Shown here: positions 31,375-40,882 of the stretch, one piece after another
Position numbering within the stretch: the stretch's first letter is position 1
How the letters are laid out: every line of letters begins with the position of its first letter
Assembly (NCBI GenBank): GCA_942492935.1
Contig: OW818654.1
Location: 2,412,640-2,476,639 of the forward strand
Direction: 5' to 3'
DNA from: an uncultured bacterium
GTDB taxonomy: Bacteria; Bacteroidota; Ignavibacteria; Kapaibacteriales; UBA2268
DNA: 64,000 nucleotides
Translations under genes and position numbers: made by a program
The notes under the pieces: generated by a model
Database searches by the model: none
Told to the model about the DNA's origin: nothing
The model's input: the letters and a program-made list of their open reading frames with translations, nothing else

Positions 31375-32584
31375 TGAAAATATAAATATGGAACTGATTT
31401 ATCTTGTAATTGACGGAGAAGCGAGTGATATTGAACGAGCCACTTTCTTTACTGCACTTGCGGAAAATCAAGAATTACAGAATGAATTTCAAACTGCTTT
31501 AAGAATGAGCAGAGCAGCAGAGAGTTTTCCTCAGAAATCATTTGTTCCTTTAGCAGTATCTGAAAAACTGTTCAATAAAGCAGGATTGGTATATATTCCT
31601 TCTGAAACAGCAATTACAGCAGTTGCTTCAATTCTGAATACTTCCGTATTAAGTTCATTTAAAAGTAAAATTATTGGCTTTTCAAAAGGAAAAATTGCAT
31701 TAGTACTGATTGGTATTATAATTGGCATTGGTATGATGTATTTGCTTGATGAAAATTCAGACAATTTTTCAAAAATAAATTCTGAAATTACTAATAATCT
31801 TTGTGAATTTGTTTTCGTTGAACCTAAATCTGAAATTCCTGTGATGAGTTCAATAAGCAGCGAACCGATTGCAAGTTCTCATTCAAAAACAATTGCAAAT
31901 TCTTCTTTTGAAAATTCAAATAAGAAAAATATTTTCTCTCTTGAAGATGTAAAATTAGAAAGTGAATTTAAAGAAGAGGTTAAATTATATGATTCCCAAA
32001 TTTTTCAAGATAAGAATAGAATTGAAATGCCAAAATCAGAATATAATACAGATTTCAGAATAAACAATATTGAAAATTTTGAAAATACTCTGTTAAATTA
32101 TGAATATTTTGGAATATTTTTTGAAGTAAAAAAATCAAATTATTGGAATTTACCAGAAGAAACCGTTTATCCGAATGAAACTTCGAGGTTTAATAATTAT
32201 GATATATTTGCATATTTTGAAGTTAGTCCTCAATTTTCTATTGGAGCAGGAGTAAGACAAGAAACATTTTTCGCAAAATACAAGACAACTCAATCAAATA
32301 GTGAATATTTATATGAACAACAACCAAATCTCACAAATTTTGAAATTACTATGAGATACATTCCTTATGAAATTAGTTTTTTAAAAACATTGATTCAATT
32401 GAATTTTGGAGGTGGAATTTATGGCTATACCTATCGAGGTTCAATTGGGAGCATGATTAATGTTTATGAAAATTTAGGAATAGTTTTATCATTAGATTAT
32501 GCAACATTTAGTTATATTAATAATACTAACATCCATAATTCTTCAAAAGTTGGTATCAATTATGGAATTAATTTTAAATTTTAA
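31367..32584 (+). CDS. Putative anti-sigma factor: an N-terminal anti-sigma domain, a single TM helix and a large beta-strand-rich extracytoplasmic domain ending in Phe.
   Basis: It overlaps the sigma gene by 8 nt. The N terminus LIYLVIDGEASDIERATFFTALAENQELQNEF resembles anti-sigma N-terminal domains. A TM helix lies at about residue 110. The C terminus is GINYGINFKF. Confidence 0.5.
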   Translation: MNSENINMELIYLVIDGEASDIERATFFTALAENQELQNEFQTALRMSRAAESFPQKSFVPLAVSEKLFNKAGLVYIPSETAITAVASILNTSVLSSFKSKIIGFSKGKIALVLIGIIIGIGMMYLLDENSDNFSKINSEITNNLCEFVFVEPKSEIPVMSSISSEPIASSHSKTIANSSFENSNKKNIFSLEDVKLESEFKEEVKLYDSQIFQDKNRIEMPKSEYNTDFRINNIENFENTLLNYEYFGIFFEVKKSNYWNLPEETVYPNETSRFNNYDIFAYFEVSPQFSIGAGVRQETFFAKYKTTQSNSEYLYEQQPNLTNFEITMRYIPYEISFLKTLIQLNFGGGIYGYTYRGSIGSMINVYENLGIVLSLDYATFSYINNTNIHNSSKVGINYGINFKF

Positions 32585-32652
32585 TATTTTCGATTGAGTA
32601 ATTGTATAAAAGAATTTTAATTTTAAAAATTTTAACATTATCGGAGTTTTTT

Positions 32653-34320
32653 ATGAAAAAAATCTTCTTAATCTGTATTGCTTTAATAGCAATTTCTACT
32701 ACTGTCTTTGCACATAAGGACAGTGAACTTAAATTACAATCTGATTCTACAGTACCTTATGCATTGATTGTAAATACCGTAAGTAATATTGATTTCTATG
32801 TTTCAAACTATGGAATTAATTTTTTCGATGTATATAGAGCAAAAGGTGGTTTGTTTTGGCCCAGAGGTACAAAGAATCAATATGTATTTGGAGATGGGTT
32901 CTGGTTTGGGGCAAAAAAATATAATTCTGAACTTAATGAATTAAGTAAGTTGGTTCTTGTAACTTATAATCCAACTTATGGATCTTCTTGGACTTCTCCT
33001 GGAAGAATTGAAGATGGAAATGAAGCCCAATATGGCTACAAAAATAAATATCATCCTTATTTAAGCACAGAATATAACACCTATACAGGTGCTGCTTTGG
33101 ATACCGACAATGAATATAAATGGCCACTTTGGATTTCAAATGGACAAATGGAAAATAGTCATAGTGTATATAATCATGAATATGTTCTTGAAAATAATGA
33201 TAGAAATCGAAACAAATATTCAAATGGTCCTTTATTTGTTTCAGATGAGGACATATTAAGCACTTATAAAGATACAGATATTAGTCGCTATGATGGAAAT
33301 GCAGATAACAGATTGGAGCAAGGGTATCCGTTAAAATTGCAAACAGAATCTTCAATTTACAGTTGGGGTGAAGGCGAAATGCAAGATGTACTAATTTTAA
33401 GATATGTTATTGAAAACAAATCTTTAGATACTCTTTTTGATTGCCGATTTGGGAAAATTACAGATTTGGATATTGGCGTTCAAGCCGATTCAAACCAATC
33501 AAAATTTGCGTTGAATGACAGAGTCAAATATTATGATTCAGATTCAACGTTAAATCTCGTTGTCGGTTGGACAGATACAGACCAAGGTGAACTTGGCAAA
33601 GGATTTGGATATATAGGCATATCATTATTAGAAACTCCTTCAATTGACAAAAATGGATTTATTAGAAATGACAAATTGAAATTTGAACCTGAAGAAATGG
33701 TAGGTATAAATACCTTCAAAAACTGGAATTTTGAAAGTGACCCACTCAAAGATAATGACAGATATGACTTTCTGTCCAATGGGATTCTTGACGGGGACTC
33801 TGGTTCAGGTGATAAAAGAGTATTAATTTCAACAGGTTCTTTCAATATGAAACCCGGCGATAAAGCTCATATATCTGTAATAATAGCATTTGCAATGCCA
33901 GCAAATGGAGTTGAAGCCGATGGATCTAAATTAGATATTGCAGGCTTACCTATTGGTATTGCAAATGATGAAGAAAATTTAAAAGGCAATAATAAATCAC
34001 TTATCGGAAAAATTAGTTATGCAAGAGATAGATATTTCAGTGAATTGATTACTAAAATAGTGGAATCTGAAAAAATTAAAAAAGATGGTTTGTATGTCCA
34101 TCCAAATCCTACTTATGGATTTATAGCAATTAAACCATACATTAACTCAGATAATTTTAACGCCTCAAAAATTCAAATATTTGATATAATAGGAATTGAA
34201 GTAATGAATGTTGTAGCATCGAATAATCTAACTACCCAAATAATTGATATTTCACATCTTCCTTCCGGTGTGTATTTCATAAGAATTGGTGATAAAGTTG
34301 AAAAATTTGTGAAGAATTGA
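32653..34320 (+). CDS. Secreted protein with a T9SS C-terminal sorting domain. The true start is probably Met at 32653 (MKKIFLICIALIAISTTVFA).
   Basis: Signal peptide. The C-terminal 80 aa (IQIFDIIGIEV...SGVYFIRIGDKVEKFVKN) match the T9SS CTD pattern. Confidence 0.6.
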   Translation: MKKIFLICIALIAISTTVFAHKDSELKLQSDSTVPYALIVNTVSNIDFYVSNYGINFFDVYRAKGGLFWPRGTKNQYVFGDGFWFGAKKYNSELNELSKLVLVTYNPTYGSSWTSPGRIEDGNEAQYGYKNKYHPYLSTEYNTYTGAALDTDNEYKWPLWISNGQMENSHSVYNHEYVLENNDRNRNKYSNGPLFVSDEDILSTYKDTDISRYDGNADNRLEQGYPLKLQTESSIYSWGEGEMQDVLILRYVIENKSLDTLFDCRFGKITDLDIGVQADSNQSKFALNDRVKYYDSDSTLNLVVGWTDTDQGELGKGFGYIGISLLETPSIDKNGFIRNDKLKFEPEEMVGINTFKNWNFESDPLKDNDRYDFLSNGILDGDSGSGDKRVLISTGSFNMKPGDKAHISVIIAFAMPANGVEADGSKLDIAGLPIGIANDEENLKGNNKSLIGKISYARDRYFSELITKIVESEKIKKDGLYVHPNPTYGFIAIKPYINSDNFNASKIQIFDIIGIEVMNVVASNNLTTQIIDISHLPSGVYFIRIGDKVEKFVKN

Positions 34321-34485
34321 TATTTGCATGAAATTGAAAATTTTTGATATTCTAAAATAATAAGAATCTATAATAAAGCTCCGTTGTAAGCTTATATTTA
34401 ATAAGGCAACTTCGGAGCATTTTCTAATTAATCATTCTGAAAGGGCAATTTCAGTGTAAAAATATGGTTGAGTTGTTTCATTATC

Positions 34486-36105
34486 CTACTTTAATTTTTT
34501 CCATATTTCATAGTTTCCAAAAATTATTTCTTTACTATAATTTGATTTAATGAAGTTATCCAATTCGTAAACATTACTTGATTCAGCAGATTTATTTGGT
34601 TCAATGATATTCTCTTGATTCAATAAAACAAGTAATTTTACATTCTTATCTTTTAATTCATTTATTATGTGATTTTGCACTACATTAGTTGTCGTAATAC
34701 CAGGGTGGGACTCATAATATTTGGAAATTGACTTTCTATCGCTCAAATAATAAATCATTAAATCATTTGAAATTAATTTATCATGTTTTGTATTGCCAGA
34801 ATATATTACTTCACTATTCTTTGTATTTTTTTTTATATAATCAATTAATAAATTATATGTATCAACTTCATCTTTTTTACCATATATAAAATTGGCTTTT
34901 GTTGATGACAATCTTGAGCCACTACTGCTTAATAACAAATTTGTATTTTGAACTTTTCTTGAGATTGGTAACATTATTACAAATAATGTGGTTACGATGA
35001 AAAGTAATTTTCTAATATTTGGATATGGTATTATTAAAATTAAACTCAAAAATAATATTGAAAAAATTATAAAAGCCGGTACTAAATGCTCAATATCAGA
35101 ACGTATCATTGCTTGATTATAAAAATTTAATCCTATATTGAATAACAACATTTCTTTCCAAAATATTTCTCCATTTAATTTTAATTTTTTCTTTCTTACA
35201 CGCCAGTACAAAAAGTATGCTGTAAGTCCAAAGCTAATTAATGGTAAATAATAAATAATACCTTCCCAAAAGAGTAAAATTTTTCTAAAAACTGATATAC
35301 CAACTTCAAATATGTTTAATGGATTTGGCAAAGGCAAAGAACGATATTCACGAAATGTTAAAATTGGAAATTTTATTAAATTTTCGTAAAGGATATTGAT
35401 ATCAACTACACTTATGAAATATAAAGCAACAGGAAGAAATATCAATAATACTCCAAGTGTAAAAATTACTCCATTCAAAAATCCCTTTATTATTCTTGTT
35501 CTTAATGGTTCACTGCTTTCATTTTTATTTGGCATTCCTGAAAAGAAAACAGCCCAAAATTCTGCTCCATAAATATATCCTGCCATCTCGTGTCTAAATA
35601 GCGATGCTATTCCAATCATAACACCAGCCAATACAAGAAATTTCTTATCGTTCTTTTCAAAAAATAGGAATAAGAAATAATTGCTTATCAATACAGATAA
35701 TATTCCATAAGTAACTGCTCTGCCAAACATTGGCATTGCCATAAACCAAATTACTGAAATGATAAATGATAACAAGGCGAAATTTTTTGAGAATATTTTC
35801 GCAGCTAATAAATAAACCATCATACATACTGCAAAGTCTGCAAGAATGGAAACGAGTCTGATTATAAATAAATTATTACCTACTATTTCAATTAGTGATG
35901 ATAGCAAATAAAACTGCCCGGGTGCATATATTGTCCAAAAATCTTTATATGGAATATTGCCAGAAGATACATTAATAGCACCTAAAATACTCACACCTTC
36001 ATCATAAATGTTAATCATATCAGTTATACTACTGAATATCATCAAAAAACCAGCAACAAACACAAATAATCTAATATAAGGAAAATCTTCTTTTCTGATT
36101 TGCAT
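34486..36105 (-). CDS. Polytopic membrane protein with an ArnT/PMT-like (glycosyltransferase family 39-like) topology. Function unassigned.
   Basis: 539 aa with at least 10 N-terminal TM helices and a C-terminal soluble domain. No catalytic motif identified. Confidence 0.35.
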   Translation of the reverse strand: MQIRKEDFPYIRLFVFVAGFLMIFSSITDMINIYDEGVSILGAINVSSGNIPYKDFWTIYAPGQFYLLSSLIEIVGNNLFIIRLVSILADFAVCMMVYLLAAKIFSKNFALLSFIISVIWFMAMPMFGRAVTYGILSVLISNYFLFLFFEKNDKKFLVLAGVMIGIASLFRHEMAGYIYGAEFWAVFFSGMPNKNESSEPLRTRIIKGFLNGVIFTLGVLLIFLPVALYFISVVDINILYENLIKFPILTFREYRSLPLPNPLNIFEVGISVFRKILLFWEGIIYYLPLISFGLTAYFLYWRVRKKKLKLNGEIFWKEMLLFNIGLNFYNQAMIRSDIEHLVPAFIIFSILFLSLILIIPYPNIRKLLFIVTTLFVIMLPISRKVQNTNLLLSSSGSRLSSTKANFIYGKKDEVDTYNLLIDYIKKNTKNSEVIYSGNTKHDKLISNDLMIYYLSDRKSISKYYESHPGITTTNVVQNHIINELKDKNVKLLVLLNQENIIEPNKSAESSNVYELDNFIKSNYSKEIIFGNYEIWKKLK

Positions 36106-36107
36106 AA

Positions 36108-38525
36108 TTACCTTAGTTTTAATTTCATTGAATAGATTTTAATTCTTAATACTGTAAATAAAACAACAGTTACTGAACTGACAGGCATTAATATTGCCGC
36201 AATAAGCGGTGTAAGCAATCCTTGAACCGCAAAAATAATACCTATTGTATTGTATAATAAAGAAATTATCAAACTATAATAGACTGTTCTTACTGCAAAT
36301 GCAGATAATTTAAAGAATTTTGGAAGTTTTTCCATATCTTCTGCAAGAAGAATAGCATCACTTCCGGGAGTGAAATTGGCTGAGCTTTCTGTTATAGCAA
36401 TTCCAACATCACTTTGGCGCAAGGCCCCAGCGTCATTTAATCCGTCACCTATCATCATAACCATACTGCCCGATTTCTGCAATTCTAAAATATACTTGTA
36501 TTTATCATCTGGCATCTGATTGAACCTCATTTCAACATCACTGCCTACAATATTTTGAAGCTCTTCTTTTTCAGATTCATTATCACCAGAAAGAATAACA
36601 ACTTCTGCCTTATTTTTCAAAAAATCAAATATATCTTTTAGTTTATTTCTGAATTTCGAATTTAAAATATAATAACCAATGACTTCATCATCAATTGAAA
36701 CATATACTTTTGATTCCGCTCTTACAATGGTGCTATCATTTTCTTTTATCTTGCTTGTTGCAAGAATACTATTAACCCATTGAGAACTTCCAACTTTGAT
36801 ATATTTTCCATCAACAAAAGCTGTAATTCCCTTACCTGGTATTTCTTGATACGAATTAACTTCAAAAATATCATTTATATCAATACTATCAAAAATTATT
36901 CTACTAATAGGATGAGTTGAATTAGCAACTGTTGATTTAATAAGTTTCTTTGTTTTATTGTCAATTTCAGAATCTGAAAATACTAATTGAGCTGAGTTTA
37001 ATTGAGTTAAAGTGCCTGTTTTATCAAAGATAATCTTTTTAACATGGTGCATATACTCCACAATTTTATCATTCTTAATAAATAAATTATTATTACCAAA
37101 TACGCGCATTGCAGTTCCATAAGTAAACGGGTGAGTCAAAGCAAGGGCGCAAGGACAAGCAACAATTAGAATTGCTGTAAAAACATTCCATGCCATTTTA
37201 GAATCAATAGTAAACCAATAAGCAAAACTAATTAATGAAATAGCAAGAACAACAACTGTGAAATATTTTGCAGATTGATTTGCTAATTTGGATATATATG
37301 AATCATTATCTTTATGAAAAGATTGATTATTCCATAATTCAGTCAAATAACTTTGATGAAATTCCTTTATCACTTCAACTTCAATACCAGATTGCAATTG
37401 TTTTCCACCTGAATAAATTCTTTCACCTGTCAGAACTTCAACAGGTTTAGATTCGCCTGTAACAAAGCTATAATCAATAAATGCCTTTTCTGACACAAGT
37501 TTAACATCAGTAGGAATAATTTCATTGTTTCGAATAATTAATACATCTCCAATTTTAATATCTTTTACGGAAATATACTCTTGTGAAGTAGTATTTTTCT
37601 TAATAACAGATAGTGGAAAATATGACTTATAATTTCTATCAAAACTCAAACTATGATATGTTTTTTGTTGAAATACTCGTCCTAATAACAAAAAGAACAG
37701 AAGTCCTGTTAAAGAATCAACGAACCCAGAACCTGATAAATAAAGAATATCTACAAAGCTACGAACAATTAACGCTATTATTCCTATACTTATTGGAATA
37801 TCAATATTAATTTGTTTTACTTTGATGGCATAGTAAGCTGATTTGAAATACTCCATTGCTGGATAAATTGAAACTAATCCAAAAAACAAACTAAGATACC
37901 ACATAAAATGCTTAATATCAGTTTGCATGTTTCCACCAGAAAAATACTCTGGCAAAGCCATTAGCATCATATTACCAAAAGCAAAACCCGCCACACCTAA
38001 TTTCAAATATAAATATTTATTATAATTTTTCTTTTTTGGCTTATCAAGATTAGCTAAATTAAGTTGAGGACGGTAGCCAAGTGCTGTAAGCAATTCAACA
38101 ATTTTTCTTAGTGATGTTTTAGTATTATCAAAAATAATTGTAACTTCCTTTTCTAAGAAATTTACCCTTGATTCAATTATACCGTTGTCCAATTTGAATA
38201 GATTCTCAAGTAAATACAAACACGCGCTACAATATATTTGTGGAGTGAAAAGGCGAACACTTGATTTATTTTCAATTTTATAATTTAATATCTGTTCATT
38301 AACTTGCACATTGTCAAGATATGAAAATTCGTCTATTTCAAATTTGCTCCCCTTTACACCCTCAAGTTTGATTTGTTCATAATATTCACTTAAATTATTC
38401 TGAGCCAATAAGCCAAAAACAAACTGACAACCCGTACAGCAAAAATAATTATCACCTTCTTGTATGATTGTTTCTATACATTCGTCCCCACAATGAGTAC
38501 AAATAATTTTATCTATATTTTTCAT
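36108..38525 (-). CDS. Heavy-metal translocating P1B-type ATPase (copper, CcoI/FixI-like).
   Basis: 805 aa. N-terminal Cys-rich metal-binding region (CTHCGDEC, CCTGC), CPC motif (ACPCALAL), phosphorylation site DKTGTLT and hinge GDGLNDAGAL. Confidence 0.8.
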   Translation of the reverse strand: MKNIDKIICTHCGDECIETIIQEGDNYFCCTGCQFVFGLLAQNNLSEYYEQIKLEGVKGSKFEIDEFSYLDNVQVNEQILNYKIENKSSVRLFTPQIYCSACLYLLENLFKLDNGIIESRVNFLEKEVTIIFDNTKTSLRKIVELLTALGYRPQLNLANLDKPKKKNYNKYLYLKLGVAGFAFGNMMLMALPEYFSGGNMQTDIKHFMWYLSLFFGLVSIYPAMEYFKSAYYAIKVKQINIDIPISIGIIALIVRSFVDILYLSGSGFVDSLTGLLFFLLLGRVFQQKTYHSLSFDRNYKSYFPLSVIKKNTTSQEYISVKDIKIGDVLIIRNNEIIPTDVKLVSEKAFIDYSFVTGESKPVEVLTGERIYSGGKQLQSGIEVEVIKEFHQSYLTELWNNQSFHKDNDSYISKLANQSAKYFTVVVLAISLISFAYWFTIDSKMAWNVFTAILIVACPCALALTHPFTYGTAMRVFGNNNLFIKNDKIVEYMHHVKKIIFDKTGTLTQLNSAQLVFSDSEIDNKTKKLIKSTVANSTHPISRIIFDSIDINDIFEVNSYQEIPGKGITAFVDGKYIKVGSSQWVNSILATSKIKENDSTIVRAESKVYVSIDDEVIGYYILNSKFRNKLKDIFDFLKNKAEVVILSGDNESEKEELQNIVGSDVEMRFNQMPDDKYKYILELQKSGSMVMMIGDGLNDAGALRQSDVGIAITESSANFTPGSDAILLAEDMEKLPKFFKLSAFAVRTVYYSLIISLLYNTIGIIFAVQGLLTPLIAAILMPVSSVTVVLFTVLRIKIYSMKLKLR

Positions 38526-38704
38526 ATATTTTAATAATCAAATTCTTAAATAATACAAAAATTGCAAAACAAATTGATTCTACAAAGAATTTCGGATATT
38601 TTTATGATATAATTTTCCACTTGTTTAAATTTTACTATTTTCGAATTCCAAATACATAGCATATTGAAAATCTTAAATCTACTCTTATCTAACTTGTCAA
38701 TTAC

Positions 38705-38734
38705 CCCTCCGAAGGTTCGTAACCTTCGGAAGGG
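38705..38734. promoter_or_regulatory. GC-rich near-perfect palindrome CCCCTCCGAAGGTTCGTAACCTTCGGAAGGG in the divergent intergenic region between the P-type ATPase and the ABC-F gene.
   Basis: 10-bp perfect stem (TCCGAAGGTT / AACCTTCGGA) plus CCC/GGG extensions around a 3-nt centre. No adjacent U-tract, so it is not a canonical terminator. Confidence 0.4.
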
Positions 38735-38942
38735 TTTGAACAAAGTTAGTTGTTTTTTGCACGTGATTCTTTCATTTGGCGACTAAGTAGTTTCAATTAT
38801 AATTGGAAAACTTATTGATAATAAAAAATTAATAACGAATTTCATTTGAAAATATCTGAGTAATATGGATTTTATTTCTTTTCCATGTTAGCAAGAATTC
38901 CGATTTTTGTAGTTTTAAAATTAACCAAAGTAAAAATTAATT

Positions 38943-40586
38943 ATGTTAACATTAACAAATATTTCTATACATTTTGCAGGTAGGTATCTTTTTGACAATG
39001 TTTCTATTTCTGTTGGTGATAACGACCGTATTGGATTAATCGGTAGAAATGGTACTGGTAAATCAACACTGCTTAAACTAATAATGGGATTGGAATCACC
39101 TGAAAGTGGAAAAATAACTAAACCCAACAACTACAAGATAGGATATTTACCTCAAGAAATTAAAACAACATCTACCAAGACAATTTTTGAAGAAACTGAA
39201 AGCGCCTTAGATGATTTGAAAAGATTGGAAAACGAAATAAATGAATATACTCGTGAACTCGAGGAAAGAACTGATTATGAATCCGATGGATATATGAGAG
39301 TTATCGAAAAGCTAACCGAAGCAAGTGAACATTTTCATCTATTGGGTGGGCAGACCATAGAAGCTGAAATTGAAAAAGTACTTATAGGTCTTGGCTTTGA
39401 AAGAACTGACTTTACACGTGGTATGAATGAGTTTAGTGGGGGCTGGCAAATGCGTGTAGAACTTGCAAAAATACTTCTTAGACAAAATGATTGCATACTT
39501 CTTGATGAGCCAACAAATCACCTTGATATTGAATCTATTCGCTGGTTAGAGGTTTTCCTTAAAACATATAAAGGAGCAATACTCGTTGTTTCGCACGATA
39601 GAAGATTTCTTGATAATATAACCAACCGTACAATCGAGTTTTCACTTGGCAAAATCTATGATATGCCTTATCCATATACAAGATTCGTTGCTGAAAGAGC
39701 AGGACAAAAGGAATTGCAACTTGCAGCTTATAATAATCAACAAAAACAAATCGCTCAACAAGAGAGATTTATTGAGAGATTTAAAGCCAAAGCATCTTTT
39801 TCATCAAGAACACAATCAAAAGTGAAACAATTAGAAAAAATGGAACTTGTTGAGGTAGAAGAAGAAGATACTTCAAAAATGCGTTTTTCATTTCCAGAGC
39901 CGCCAAGGTCATCAAGATTAATTTTTGAAACAAAAAATCTTTGCAAAAAATATGATGAAAAATTAGTTTTGAATAATATAGATTTTGCATTAGAACGTGG
40001 CGAAAAAGTTTGCTTTGTTGGAAAGAATGGGGAAGGTAAATCTACTCTTTCAAAGATATTTGCAGGGATGTTGGATTATACAGGAGAATTGAACACTGGA
40101 ACAAATCTCTCACTCGGCTATTATGCACAGCATCAAGCTGAATTACTCGACCCTGATGCAACTGTATTTGACATTATTGAGAAAGCCGCTACAGGCGAGA
40201 TGAGAAAGAAAATTCGCTCTTTACTTGGAGCATTTTTATTTAGTGGAAATTCTGTGGATAAGAAAGTCAGAGTGCTTTCTGGTGGTGAAAAATCCAGATT
40301 AAGTATCTGTCGAATGTTGCTTCAGCCCATAAATTTGATGATATTGGACGAGCCGACAAATCATTTTGATATGATTTCAAAAGATGTTCTAAAAAATGCT
40401 TTGATTGATTACAAAGGTTCATTGATAATTGTATCTCATGATAGAGAATTTTTGCAGGGTTTGACAAATAAAACAGTTGAATTCAAGAAAGGTAAAATCA
40501 AAGAATATCCGGGAGATATAAATGAGTTTCTTGCTCAACAACAAATAGATTCTTTAGACTTGTTAGAATTAAATAAAAGGAAATAG
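38943..40586 (+). CDS. ABC-F family ATPase: two ABC domains, no transmembrane domain; a translation-factor-like ABC protein.
   Basis: 547 aa. Two Walker A motifs (GRNGTGKST and GKNGEGKST), two ABC signatures (LSGG) and an inter-domain linker. Confidence 0.8.
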   Translation: MLTLTNISIHFAGRYLFDNVSISVGDNDRIGLIGRNGTGKSTLLKLIMGLESPESGKITKPNNYKIGYLPQEIKTTSTKTIFEETESALDDLKRLENEINEYTRELEERTDYESDGYMRVIEKLTEASEHFHLLGGQTIEAEIEKVLIGLGFERTDFTRGMNEFSGGWQMRVELAKILLRQNDCILLDEPTNHLDIESIRWLEVFLKTYKGAILVVSHDRRFLDNITNRTIEFSLGKIYDMPYPYTRFVAERAGQKELQLAAYNNQQKQIAQQERFIERFKAKASFSSRTQSKVKQLEKMELVEVEEEDTSKMRFSFPEPPRSSRLIFETKNLCKKYDEKLVLNNIDFALERGEKVCFVGKNGEGKSTLSKIFAGMLDYTGELNTGTNLSLGYYAQHQAELLDPDATVFDIIEKAATGEMRKKIRSLLGAFLFSGNSVDKKVRVLSGGEKSRLSICRMLLQPINLMILDEPTNHFDMISKDVLKNALIDYKGSLIIVSHDREFLQGLTNKTVEFKKGKIKEYPGDINEFLAQQQIDSLDLLELNKRK

Positions 40587-40652
40587 AGAATAAAATTTTT
40601 GTTATTTTTTAGAAATAATGAATTCAGAGTTAGAAATGACGATATTCAAGAA

Positions 40653-40820
40653 TGGATGCTGAACTAAATTCAGCATGATATAAGTGCAAATTGTCATTCT
40701 GAACTTGTTTCAGAATCCATTTTGCATTGTGTCATTCTGAACTCAAAATAAGATGTCCAACACTTTAAAAGTGTTGGACATCTGCATAAGTGTCATTCTG
40801 AACTTGTTTCAGAATCCATC
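40653..40820. repeat. Cluster of intergenic hairpins between convergent genes. There are two perfect 28-nt direct copies of GTCATTCTGAACTTGTTTCAGAATCCAT (40693-40720 and 40793-40820), and a third, partial copy of 13 nt at 40731-40743. Each full copy is itself a hairpin. There is also a 16-bp perfect palindrome, AGATGTCCAACACTTT A AAAGTGTTGGACATCT (40750-40782), and the hairpin ATGCTGAA-CTAAA-TTCAGCAT (40656-40676).
   Basis: Read directly. The two 28-nt copies are identical. The hairpins share a CTGAAC...TTCAG core. Confidence 0.6.
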
Positions 40821-40882
40821 TTCCATAGAAATTTCTTATCAAATGTTTAGTGGCACACTTTATTGTATGGCACTAATTTGTT

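Noticed and set aside
34321-34485. Imperfect hairpin GCTCCG...CGGAGC downstream of the T9SS cargo gene.
   Set aside because: The stem is only 6 bp with a 30-nt loop, which is too weak to call a terminator or regulatory element.
38546-38743. 65-aa minus-strand ORF upstream of the P-type ATPase.
   Set aside because: It lies in the divergent promoter region and overlaps the GC-rich palindrome. The translation is low-complexity and Lys/Ile-rich with no signal. It is most likely non-coding.
40693-40820. The direct repeats were considered as a possible CRISPR array.
   Set aside because: There are only two full copies and one 13-nt partial copy. The spacers, 10 and 49 nt, are irregular. The repeats are themselves hairpins typical of terminators or REP-like elements. 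No cas genes are nearby.
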